Assembly (NCBI GenBank): GCA_040954595.2
Contig: CM082581.2
Coordinates: 4,766,699 to 4,830,698 of the forward strand
Reading direction: 5' to 3'
From: Balanoglossus misakiensis
Lineage: Eukaryota; Animalia; Hemichordata
DNA length: 64,000 bases
The notes beneath the pieces were generated by a model that did not search any database, was not told where the DNA came from, and was given only the letters and a program-made list of their open reading frames with translations. Every line of letters begins with the position of its first letter. Position 1 is the first letter of the stretch. Both the position numbers and the translations under genes were made by a program. Positions 1 to 11,528 of this stretch are shown here, piece after piece.

Positions 1-3000
1 ATTTTCTGTTCGCGCATGAGCAACTCGGTGCGTATTTGAACACAATATCAACGGTATATACATGTACAGCATCACCCAATTTCGACTGGCCTCCGGAGCT
101 CGGGACACCACAAAGATTTTTTATACGCCATGTTTAATGAGTTACACGTTTCGACCGTACGGAGACGCCGGCATCTTCGTGCTAAAATGAATGCAAACAG
201 AACTATAGAGTTGTCGTAACAGCCTGGCTGCCATAGCAACGCCGCACACAGCCGTGACATATTCTGGGTCATTGAAGGTAGGACTGACAATGAAGCGAGT
301 TGACAATATACAATGCTTGGCTGTCTACTATCTCCTAGACTCACGGAAAAAAATCGACTATATGATCTGCAGCTCGTCACAAATAGCAACCGATTAATCA
401 AATTAGATTAAGGTTGGGGAAAATCAAACCACATATAGAAAAAGCGCCACTTTCCGTAGTTAACGCTGCAAATGAGCATATATATACGGTAACCATCTTT
501 ACATGTAAACAGAGGATCAGAACAAACATGATTATATCGATTTTTTCCCCCTTCTGGATGGGGTTCGGCGGAATCGTGACGTTACGGCATTATGTATTGG
601 TTTTTTCTCTGTTTGAGAATGAAATTGCTTTCGAGGAAAATGTCCTCCGGGAATTCGTTATTTTTCTGTCTAACAACTGTAATTGATTCCCAGTAATGGG
701 GGGATAGTAGTGTATCATTCACACGTCACACACATTTGCGTTTTTGTGCCGGGTTTGGAACTTGGCAATGTTAAAAAACGCCGTATTCATTTTCCATAGT
801 GCATGCACTCCGCGGCAGAAGTGCCTGCCTATACCCATACTAACTTTGTAGCACACACACACTCTCTGTCTCTTCAGTATCTTGACACCAAAATACCGTA
901 CTCGACTTTTTAAAAACCTCGGAGACCCACTTCCTGGCCATTAACCGCAACATTTCATACTCGTCGGCGGCATCTGTAAAGAAGTAAAGATTCCTTAACT
1001 TAGATATGAAATCATACGCACGGTTAAAACGTCAGATGAAATCTTCACCTCTCGCCATCGCTAAACCATATTATGGAAAGCGCCACAAAACACTGATACG
1101 TATTATGTACTAGTAATATGAAATTATTGTAGATAGGGCCACCGGCATGATGGACCAGGAAAAAATCTCTCCTGACCAGCAGTTTATTGCACTGTACATT
1201 GGAATTTTTCAATACTTTACCCCCGGTAAACCTAACCAAAGAGACGAGTCTATGAGACGTGTAATACACAAGTCTGACCAAGTAACATTTAGATGGGACT
1301 TTTGGGATTTTGATTATGTATTAAGGCGTAGGTTTACTACAAAAGAAAATGACATTGTTCAATACTTCGTGTCGCTGTTCTTGTTATATGATGCTTTAGC
1401 ATGCTCAAATAGACTAATTTCAGAATGACGTTGATTGTGGCCTTACTAGTAATGTATTAGACGGAGATTAATTTGAGTGGTGTATATCTCCATGTTGATT
1501 AAATAGCCACGATATTTATAGATTTTCTTGTCTGCAGTGATGCTCGCTACATCACGACTACATGTATGACAGTGCTGACGTACAACTGATTTTTTTAATG
1601 TTTATATAAGCCAAGAAAAAATATCGTATCCTTCATTTCGTAACTTAGTGATTTGAACATGGTTTTTCTCATAAACACGGTGCTTTCAATGGATTTGTAG
1701 GGGTTTCGATTGTTGGTGTGTTTTGTGATAACTATTAAACTAGCGCTTATGGGCGTTTTGTTCTTACAAGTAATACAATGTTGATAACGTTTACGTTTCC
1801 ATGCATTATACACAGAAAAACCTTGCTGCAATAGAACTACAGATACCATCCCCCACAGATCAATCAGAGCGTTTGACAATGTCAGATCGGTGTCAAAATA
1901 TACAACATACAATATTCAACTCTAGTTGCGCATAACTAACACCAATTACAATTGATATATTTTACAGACTATGTTTATTTTTCTCAATATCTTGAACGTC
2001 AATGTCCGTGTACTGCGTTTTATCTCTGGAATGACATGTGAATGAGCCTTTTAATCAATGTAACGTGGATACGGATTTAATCCGCACTTAAATGATAAAA
2101 TGAACATCTGCCTTTATATCTTCTCGGAATCGGTCCACGTCTTTGTTCTTCGAATTCTTCAATAGCTGATGTTTACACGCTCTCTCTATGTATCTATCTT
2201 TATCACGATGTTTTGTGTCTTCGTCGTGTAATTGCGATACTTGACTCCGTCTCCTTGGCAAGGTTCCTGGTATGACGCAGGATCCAGTCATGATAAAGAA
2301 ACAACTGAATAGAAATCACATGAAGTCGTATTACGCCATCATCAGATGGTTCAGCCACAACAGATGTTTATATATCATGCTACAGCTGATCATGTGCCAA
2401 CACAGCGTATATTCATTTCAAAGCAATGGAGAACTCTGAGGCCCATTTGAGATGAATAATTATTGTGAATTTGAACTTTAACTTTTGATCTTATAACGCT
2501 AACACACACATTACCTGTATTATAGATATATATCATTTGCACAAAATTACCATATTAATGCTTTAGAATTAATCTTGAACAAAAATTCCTTACGTTTAGC
2601 TTGAAGGTTTCTTATCTGGAATTCAGTGAAGTAAGCGATCTGACTTGAGATATTAAACTCACCATCGTTCAGAAATTTGCTAAAAATATCATCTGGTGTG
2701 AAAATTATCTTACCGCGATAGGTATTTGATGGTTTGAAGAATTCATGTGAAATTTCACAGGAAAATAACCGATTCATTTATCCGGATAACAGAACACTGG
2801 GTAAAACGCGGTGCTTTGTATTTGAATGGTGTACATCATCATGACTGCAGCGCGGCAGAAACTCTATCTATCGTGTTATTTGTTACATGTGAGTAAACCT
2901 GAATTTGGAAATGATGAAGTCGACCGATGAATGAGTGGGCAGAAGTCTCGGCGATTCCTTTGACAGATAATGCTCGAAGTCGGTCGCGCTTCTCCACGGT

Positions 3001-3690
3001 TACAGTATATAGCAAAGGAAATCAAAGCTCAAAGCGGCGTGGATCAGACGGGCAGAAATATCTCAATGTCTCTTGTCCATATACCGAGAGCATTCACTTC
3101 CGTAAGTGTGATGACAACACTTGACTTTCCACAAGCCAAGGAGACTTTCAACAATGTGGATTCTAACAATGTGCCATCCAGCACAAGGCCACGAGGTATA
3201 TGTGTGGAGGCCAAAGACAGGGAGGCATCACATCAATAAAACAAACCGGGTCATTACTAGTTTCAAAGCGTTAAAGCAGTTGAATCTATCGCTGAATACA
3301 GTTACTAGTACCTGTATGACGCGGATGCAATAAGCAACACTATAAGCATTGGTATTGGTTCAACTGTAATATAACCTTTACGTCGAATGATTTCATCGTG
3401 CACGTGATACGTTAATAAGACGCTTGTTTGTCGATTTATGACATCAAACATCATGGTGCACTCTAAAAAAAAAAATACTAACTCGTTCGCAATGACCTAG
3501 CACGTTTATTGGATAAGTCGAGAATTTGAATTACCCGATGCTTGGATTTCAAAATGGCCGCAAAATCGAGAAGAAAGCAAGTATTGTTTGCTTCATTTAT
3601 GTTCAAAAATTGATGCAGGCTCGCATACATTGCACAACTTGAAATATTAAAAGCTGCATTCCGAAAATCTATGCTAGTGGTGACAGTGCC

Positions 3691-3691
<1 letters not shown>

Positions 3692-3768
<77 letters not shown>

Positions 3769-3806
3769 TACCACCACCACCATCACCCATCATCACCATC
3801 ATCATC
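3692..3806. repeat. (ATC)n microsatellite with an (ACC) degenerate tail
   Basis: Direct reading. Confidence 0.98.
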
Positions 3807-4347
3807 AGCAAATGTATAGAAGAATAAAGCTAATGTTCTAGAATATAGCGTCAGTCAGCATTTACTTGTGATATAAGGTACACCGAGGATTTACTTTCCG
3901 ATTTAATGATGTACACCATTGCAATCTATGGTTCACATAAGAAAAAGACTTAACCCCTCCTTTACCGTGTAAACTTTCTCGAGCTATTTGCAACCAGACA
4001 TGCCGGTAGCCATAGCAACAGAGGAACCAAACTCTGCTTTCTTGTGAGATTGACATAATACAATTAAACAATTAGTAACGTCTGGGATGGAAGCGATGCG
4101 TGAAGATAGACTACGATGTTGCTGCAATAAATCACTTTTTATTATCTTGTCACAATACACGCGTCTCTGCGACAGTGAAAGTATTTAAAGTCGCAATTGA
4201 TGCTTTTTTGGTTTAATGTGAGACATTAGAAGCGACACGGTAGATTGAAACAATGCCATTTCAAATACTATGATTCTGCGTTGAATAAGATTCGATTCGT
4301 ATGTCAAGTCTGCTTCTTGAACACAGGGAGGCGGACTTTGCCGTTTA

Positions 4348-4693
4348 GGGACTGGCCAGTTTCTGCGGCGGGGGGAGTGGACTCGTGTGGGGGTCACCTT
4401 TTCGAAAATGCTCAATGGGGGTCAATGCATTTTAAATTATAAGTACCCTGAGCTCCAAAATGCCAATCTGCCAGCAGATCTCAACCACTTGGGTATTATT
4501 CTATCTCTGGTGCTCCTGTAGGGGGCAGTATCCTCCCCCGCCCAACAAACAAGCTACATGTAATTGTCATTTCTCCGCTGAATTTGTTAAATCGGACACT
4601 ATGATTTTACGTTATATAACACATGTAGCTTAAAATAATGTCACTGACATTTTGGCGCAAATCCCCCCCCGGCCGGAGAAAGTGACCAGTCCC
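4348..4693. mobile_element. PIF/Harbinger-type MITE, 346 bp
   Basis: ~28-bp TIRs: GGGACTGGCCAGTTTCTGCGGC-GGGGGG versus the reverse complement of the right end, GGGACTGGTCACTTTCTCCGGCCGGGGGG. TTA TSD at 4345-4347 and 4694-4696. No ORF. Confidence 0.85.
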
Positions 4694-5477
4694 TTACGTA
4701 GCATACTACGGTGGTGTACCGTTAACCATTGCGTTCACCGCAAAACTCCACGAATCACCGGTAAATTGTATACGACTTGTCATATTAATGAGTGCCCCTT
4801 TGGGATTTCTCATGACATCACTCCCTGCGGATAACAAAGGTTGCGCATAGTGTGCGATGATTGCTTTTAATAGCAGTAGAAAAAAATCCATTAAATGTTC
4901 TCGAATATGAAACTCTGTGCACGGGGTAATCCCTCACTTCTACAACGATTGCCCCTGATGTCGCAATTTGTCGAGACTTTTCTAACCAACTCGCTCTCTC
5001 ACCGATCGGTACGCCGTACCTCTAGGCTTTTTTACTAAGACATAACGACTTTGCAAACCGATTCGCCTGCAGAGATAATTGAACACACCTGATGGCCCAC
5101 TCCGCGTGCCTCGTTTGTTCCTTCAGAAATGGGTTCACCCACCATGAAGTGACTTCCGGTAATCCTACAGCATAATACAAGATACACGACAGAGGAATGA
5201 GCTTTCTTTCCCCCATATCCGACACACGATACGCGCTATTAAATACAGCTAATTATCCATTGAGAAAACAGCATCATGGTGATTAACTTTGGACAACTGG
5301 TTACCGAGTGTAATGGCGCTCGGCGGGTATACTGTACAAATACTATAAGGTCGCCGTGACATGTTTACCATGGCTAATCTATCACCGGCATTGAACGATT
5401 CGACTTTCGTATAGGTTACTAATGTCATCCCCGGGACAGAATTTGTTTAGTGCTGCAAAAATCTTAGTATATTTTAA

Positions 5478-5530
5478 GGTAATATAATTTAGAGACGCGA
5501 TAACGGTAATATAATTTAGAGAAGCGATAA
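5478..5530 (+). repeat. 27-bp tandem duplication
   Basis: GGTAATATAATTTAGAGACGCGATAAC followed by GGTAATATAATTTAGAGAAGCGATAA. Confidence 0.9.
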
Positions 5531-7710
5531 AAAACTACACTAAAATAGTCATAAATACGTGCGTCAATGTATATTAAAATTCCACCTTCAGCCTAAGACG
5601 TAACTAACATAATTTGAACACATTGATTTATAGATATGGTATAACACATTATTTGATCATGTAAACACCATCCTGACGGATGTTTGAACATCTCATTTCA
5701 ATCAGTCATCTGAACTATATACAGGGATATCTCTTATTGACATCTACCACAGAAACATGGCGGCACGTATTAACCTATGGATATACAGCAGTAATCGGCC
5801 TATTGACATGCCTAGTGGCTGTAATAGTCCAGTGACGACAAACCAATCGTTCCGTAAAGTTTACAGCGATCTAGACTAAGCGATAGCATGGGATTACTGC
5901 ACCTGTTTTACCCAGAAGGCATTTCAATTCTGAGTACTGCTTCCAGAGCAAGCTGGAATTGTGATTTTGCCGATATGACCCCTGGTCTAAGTCTTAATTG
6001 GATGTTGTACTTCCGGAAACATGATCCGTCTGAAGAAGTTGATTTCTAAGACCTGGCTTGCGCTTGTAAAAAGGAATATACATTTTTTTAGAATGAAAGG
6101 TGTTACTATAGTAAAAAATAAAGGAAATACAGGAGGTCATAAGACCGACACACATTTATATGGGTCCAATGTATGTGCTCATTTGGAGTGTTTGCTGCTC
6201 CGAACATTTTAAAGATTCAACTACACTAATTCTCTAATTCCTCTAAAACGTGTGTATACGTAAGGAGGCGGTTGTTGAATAACATTTAAACTGGCATAAT
6301 AACTGACTATAAGCAACCAGCATGCGAGTTTCGTAACTTGTTGTTCAAACACCCCCACGTTTTAAATCTGTCAACGCATTTTCCCTTTCAGAACTGAGAA
6401 TGATATAAATGTTGTTGATTTTTTAATGACAAGCTACTCAAATTGACTCAGAAGGCGCGAATTATAGCTGACTCAGCTTATTACTTCTGTACTTAGGGCT
6501 AATCTATATTAATCACAGTCACAAATGTTCACACAAAAAAACAACTATCCTCACTATCTGACCTGAATTAGAATTAACCTCTACCGTACGTATCTCATGA
6601 TCGATGTTGTTTTCCGAGGATATGGACTATCAAACTTTATGATTGACGAAGATATTAGAACTTGGTAAATGTCGTACGGTACGAGCATTATCAATATAAA
6701 ATAAGGAGGTCACGTTGCTGTTTTTGCTAATAGAAATACCAGACCGAATCGATGTATTGATGACTTGTGGGCGGAATTCTCAATTTGAAAATATCAAGTC
6801 GTACGGAACAATTAAAGAATACGTGCAGATGTTAGCAAATCGAATGCCATTAGTAAATTAATGGCTCCCAGCAGTTGTCCCTACTTTCCTTGTATTCCCA
6901 TAATCACGGAAGTCACGAAATCCACACATCATGACCAATTTCGATAAGGAGAAATGTGATAAATTTCACCTTTTCTTTTCGTTATGTATATAGTTGCGCC
7001 CGAAGCGATGCATCTTAACATTTGTAAAGTTCTTACACAAGTGAATATACATAATTGCAAGCATGCTCATGCGTATTCCATAAAACTATAGGTCAAATTA
7101 AACATGTTCAGATGCATGTTAAAACACCAAACAGCACAGCAAAGAAAGTTAAATCTTGGATTGAAATACATGTAAATATCTAATAGACAAACAGTGATAT
7201 CGGTGGTTCTGTTGGGGGGGGGGTGATCACTCCCTGTCTAACACGTGGCACCCATCACGTGCGAATCTCCAAGTTAAAATAGGAAGCAGTCTTAGATTAA
7301 AGACAAACATCACAAATGTACTCAGTCAGTCAGCATTAGTCTTAGAGGCACGCTGTACTTACACACCAGCTATAGCATTTGGTGGTAAAACGAGCGTTTT
7401 TTTCCACGGAAGCCTTGATTTATCAGTTAGCAAGAGATGCGGATGTGTGTCTCTTCAAAATCGCCACCTATATCATCTCGCAAACCGAATACCTATCGAT
7501 ATATTCCGTACATCACAGATACACGTTGCCCAAATGTATGCATCCCAGAAATCAGTCCCTTTGTTTAACGTTAATATGTTGGTAGTCCTTTCAGAATACT
7601 GTGTATGTGGAGATTATATGTGGAAGTGTAAGGATGTCCGTTAGAAGATCTTAGTCAACTTAGAGAGGTCCATAAAATAAAAGGCCCCGATCTTTTCACT
7701 CATCGCGACA

Positions 7711-7765
7711 GACAAAGCATGCGATAGATCGACGTATAGTGGGGACAAGGTAAAAGTACCTGAAA
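7711..7765 (+). repeat. 55-bp dispersed direct repeat, copy 1
   Basis: GACAAAGCATGCGATAGATCGACGTATAGTGGGGACAAGGTAAAAGTACCTGAAA, with 4 mismatches to 8972-9026. Confidence 0.9.
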
Positions 7766-7981
7766 TAACTCAATTGCTTGAGAAGCACCATCCGGATAGA
7801 GCATTTGAATCTCGGACTTGGTCTTCTGAGACTGTGCAGCATTACCTGTAGGCTTTACTCGCATACAAGTACCGGCACCTGGTACTTCAGCGCGTATACA
7901 TGTATTTAATGATCTATGGTACTCAGCCGTTAAATTCGTGTAAATAAAACACGAAGTACATTGCTCATCCTGGATCTGTTA

Positions 7982-8169
7982 TCATTCGTTCGTTCGTTCG
8001 CTCGCTCGCTCGTTCATTCATTCATTCATTCATTCATTCATTCATTCATTCATTCATTCATTCATTCATTCATTCATTCATTCATTCGTTCGTTCGTTCG
8101 TTCGTTCGTTCGTTCGTTCGTTCGTTCATTCATTCATTCATTCATTCATTCATTCATTCATTCATTCAT
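7982..8169. repeat. Compound (TTCA)/(TTCG)/(CTCG) microsatellite
   Basis: Direct reading. Confidence 0.98.
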
Positions 8170-8285
8170 AGAATTAACCTGTATCTGTTCGTCAATTTTT
8201 GTCCACAATCTTGCCGCAGAAATATAGCTAGCATGGGGGAAAAGACTTTTATTTTAATGATGAAAGAAATCATTTAAGTTTCCAG

Positions 8286-8381
8286 GAAAGCCCGTAAGGT
8301 TTATTTTTAAACAAATAAAATAATTATCTCGTGCTCACGCGAAAGTAAGTCGTGAGCAGGAAATGTCCCTTACGGGCATTC
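8286..8381. mobile_element. Small (~96 bp) inverted-repeat element, probable internally deleted MITE
   Basis: 13/14 inverted repeat GAAAGCCCGTAAGG / CCTTACGGGCATTC, with an internal perfect 8-bp hairpin TGCTCACG (8332-8339) / CGTGAGCA (8351-8358). Confidence 0.5.
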
Positions 8382-8971
8382 ATAAGTTTTGCTTTTTCGA
8401 TATTGCAAATTTTCTTTGCCCCCATTTACATGTACCTTTCTATAAGTAAATGACAAAGTCCCCTATTGGACAATCAGATTAACTAAGGAAACATCTGTGA
8501 GCCTCGTTTTGAAATCATATCAATTCAATAATGTCTGCAGGTAAAGTCTCGTGAGTCAACGATTTTAAATAACAAATCAATTAATGTTGCACTACAAAAC
8601 TCTCAGCACAGTAAGGCAATACCAAGACCCATAGCAACCGTCCATTGTCTTTGGTCGGTAATTATTTTCTGGCAATTATCATAGTCCTAAACTCCCAAAG
8701 TAAAGATTTTCTTAAATCCTTGACGTAGAGGAACCTGATCGTGCATAACACACAACCATTACTTATACTAAGGCTATGCATTTTCATCGATCTTTAAAAA
8801 TATATATTTTTTACTCCAATATTATTGTTTTGTCTGCATTTTTTCTCGACAATAAAATTTTCCATTGAAATTTTATGATGTCGTATCCTCTTTTTACCGA
8901 AACTGCATCCTAGTCTAAACTATGACAACAGCGCATAATAAAAAATGGCATGAAGGAAATGACACGGTTTG

Positions 8972-9026
8972 GACAAAGTATGCGATAGATCGACGTATAG
9001 TGGGGACTGGGTAAAAGTACCCGAAA
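8972..9026 (+). repeat. 55-bp dispersed direct repeat, copy 2
   Basis: Matches 7711-7765. Flanked by GAAGGAAAT(ccgt)GACACGGT direct repeats at 8952-8968 and 9027-9047. Confidence 0.9.
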
Positions 9027-11181
9027 GAAGGAAATCCGTGACACGGTCTTGAAGGATGTTTATACCATGACTTGTCAATGCACGAATTTCAACCGACAAC
9101 TATTTATGCAAAATAGAGGCGTTAAATGTTTAGTACATTGCCAGGACACAAAAAAAACTCAAAACTGTTTTGAGATTAGCTGCAATACAGGCCATTATTA
9201 TATAAATGAGACCTGTCACCAAAACATGCTCGCTCACGACCGACAAAACGCCATGATGTCATCTCAACACACCTTGCACAATGCGTGTCAAACTAATTAG
9301 AAGTAACTGATAAGCAGAGATGAATATGGCGTGGTAAATAATATCAGTAAGACTGCAGGGACAAAATCGCTAATTTTTGGCATTATTTGGGATATTTTCA
9401 TTGGATTTAATGAATAATTGTTTAACTCACTAAAACGTGCCAAACGATAAAGTTGTTACATAATATCATTTTAGAACTGATAAAAAATAAAAAGACAGAA
9501 GTATTCTTGTGTAATAACCATGTCATTTGAGCCACGACAAAATCGTCAATGAACATGTTCCAGGGAGAATTGTCTATGCCATACTATTGCTTGCATTAAC
9601 ACACTTGCCCGGTAGGCTCATCAGACTATTATTTCTTTCATGCCAACCTTTATTCATTTTATGTCAGTTGGTGTTGACATTCGTACTTTCAAATCCCGTA
9701 AATCCTAATGTTTAACAAGTCGCCTTGACCTCATTCGCCACGACATTGTCAAAGTCCTTGACGTCTTTTCCGACGACGCCTTATATACCCGGCGTTGTGA
9801 ATGCAGTCCCGCATTGGCGATTGTTATCGGGTTTTTGCTGAGAACAACATAGAGTCGGTGTATCGTTAATGCATGGTAGGACGCCATGCTGTATTGCGGA
9901 AGACTGCCTCACTGGCTCACAAGCTATTCCATCAGATGGTATCAGGTACTGCTATAGCTGTGGGTTCAGAGGCGGAGTCTACCGTCGTCTGCATGAGAAG
10001 TCGATTTGAGCTTTTTTGCCTTCAACCAATACCGTTTTATCACCTCATCACAAACGCCTGTTGTTCGGTATCCGCAAATACTGCTGGCAGTATACAATCA
10101 CAATACATTGTATAGATGCTTCGCCTAATATTAAAAATTGACACAACACTCGGCGTATCCTGAACGAATAAAAATAGCAGACGATTGATTACTTTTATCT
10201 ACGCTTTACTTCCTCTACACTTCCATTCCTCGGCTTGAAATGGGCGATATCACCATGGGAACAGGCAGCTCGATGCAAAACACGCACACGCCACGGGTTA
10301 CCAAAGGTTATCGGAATATTTCCAGAACCAAAAAAACACTCATGTATGTTTATCGGTCATGTCAATGACAATGTCGAAAACTGCTCGCAGCAATATTAGC
10401 AGGAACACGACACCTCGGATTGCGCAGTATTTCTTTAATGCAATCCGAAACCTTACTTTGCCACTTTGATTATACGTGTACGGCCATCGAGGATTTGATT
10501 TGTTGGCCCGTGCTTAGCACTGGGTGCAGGATCAGCAACTTGATCCCGAGGGGTCGCAAGGGTTTTTCTTCGCCGGAATCTCATCGAGGCTATCCCTGTC
10601 TGAATATTGTTAATTGATCACAAGTACTCGTCAAAAAGTGGGCCGACAAAGGACTCGGCCAGCGGCGACTTTCTCAAAATCTCTCAGACCGTACAAGACT
10701 CCCACGGTTCACTTTAGGGAGTTAAGTGTGTTTAGTTCGAATATGAGATTTATTGACTTGACTAAAACGTGGATGCAACAGCAATAACGTCGCCTGTACC
10801 CTCTAAAAGACGTCGACGGTGGATTTCTTCTTTACTAAAGGTAGCTGGAATGCAAAATAGATTTACAGCACAGCAGCGCAGGGTCTTGAACAACGTGCCA
10901 AAACACAATACTCCAAGCATTAGTTCGCGTACTTGAAATGAAACCTACACATGGGAACTCCGCAAACTGATATTTCAACGTAAATCACATTACTACAGCT
11001 GCCGTGCTGTAAATTTAACCGAGTCGCTGCCAGCCACGACTGGGCTTGCACTGTATACATGTACCGTAATTGAGGGTATCTGTTAGAGTTGGAATAGTGA
11101 AATGTCAAACTTTGAGTTTTAGAGTGACTGCATGTGTTGTATTTTTGATATAATTTTCGATCCATCGGTGCAAGTAGCGAT

Positions 11182-11528
11182 TGTGTATGTGTGTATGTAT
11201 GTATGTATGTATGTATGTATGTATGTATGTATGTATGTATGTATGTATGTATGTATGTATGTATGTATGTATGTATGTATGTATGTATGTATGTATGTAT
11301 GTATGTATGTATGTATGTATGTATGTATGTATGTATGTGTGTTTGTATGTATGTATGTATGTATGTATGTATGTATGTATGTATGTATGTATGTATGTAT
11401 GTATGTACGTATGTACGTATGTATGTATGTATGTATGTATGTATGTATGTATGTATGTATGTATGTATGTATGTATGTATGTATGTATAGATGTATAGAT
11501 GTATAGATGGATAGATGGATGGATGGAT
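11182..11528. repeat. (TATG)n microsatellite with a TAGATG/GATG tail
   Basis: Direct reading. Confidence 0.98.

Noticed and set aside
3478-3786. Poly-Met ORF
   Set aside because: It is the reverse strand of the (ATC)n microsatellite.
9603-9624. Hammerhead-like CTGATGA-GCC-loop-GGC on the minus strand
   Set aside because: The conserved GAAA is missing and no stems I or III are evident.
9744-9817. Minus-strand CCAAT plus TATATAA plus ATG
   Set aside because: It leads only to a 13-codon ORF with no good donor, so chance or a repeat remnant cannot be excluded.
11132-11506. YVCM-repeat ORFs (also 54857-55568 and the HSFI/HSLT ORFs at 7961, 30682 and 63469)
   Set aside because: They are translations of stop-free tetranucleotide microsatellites.
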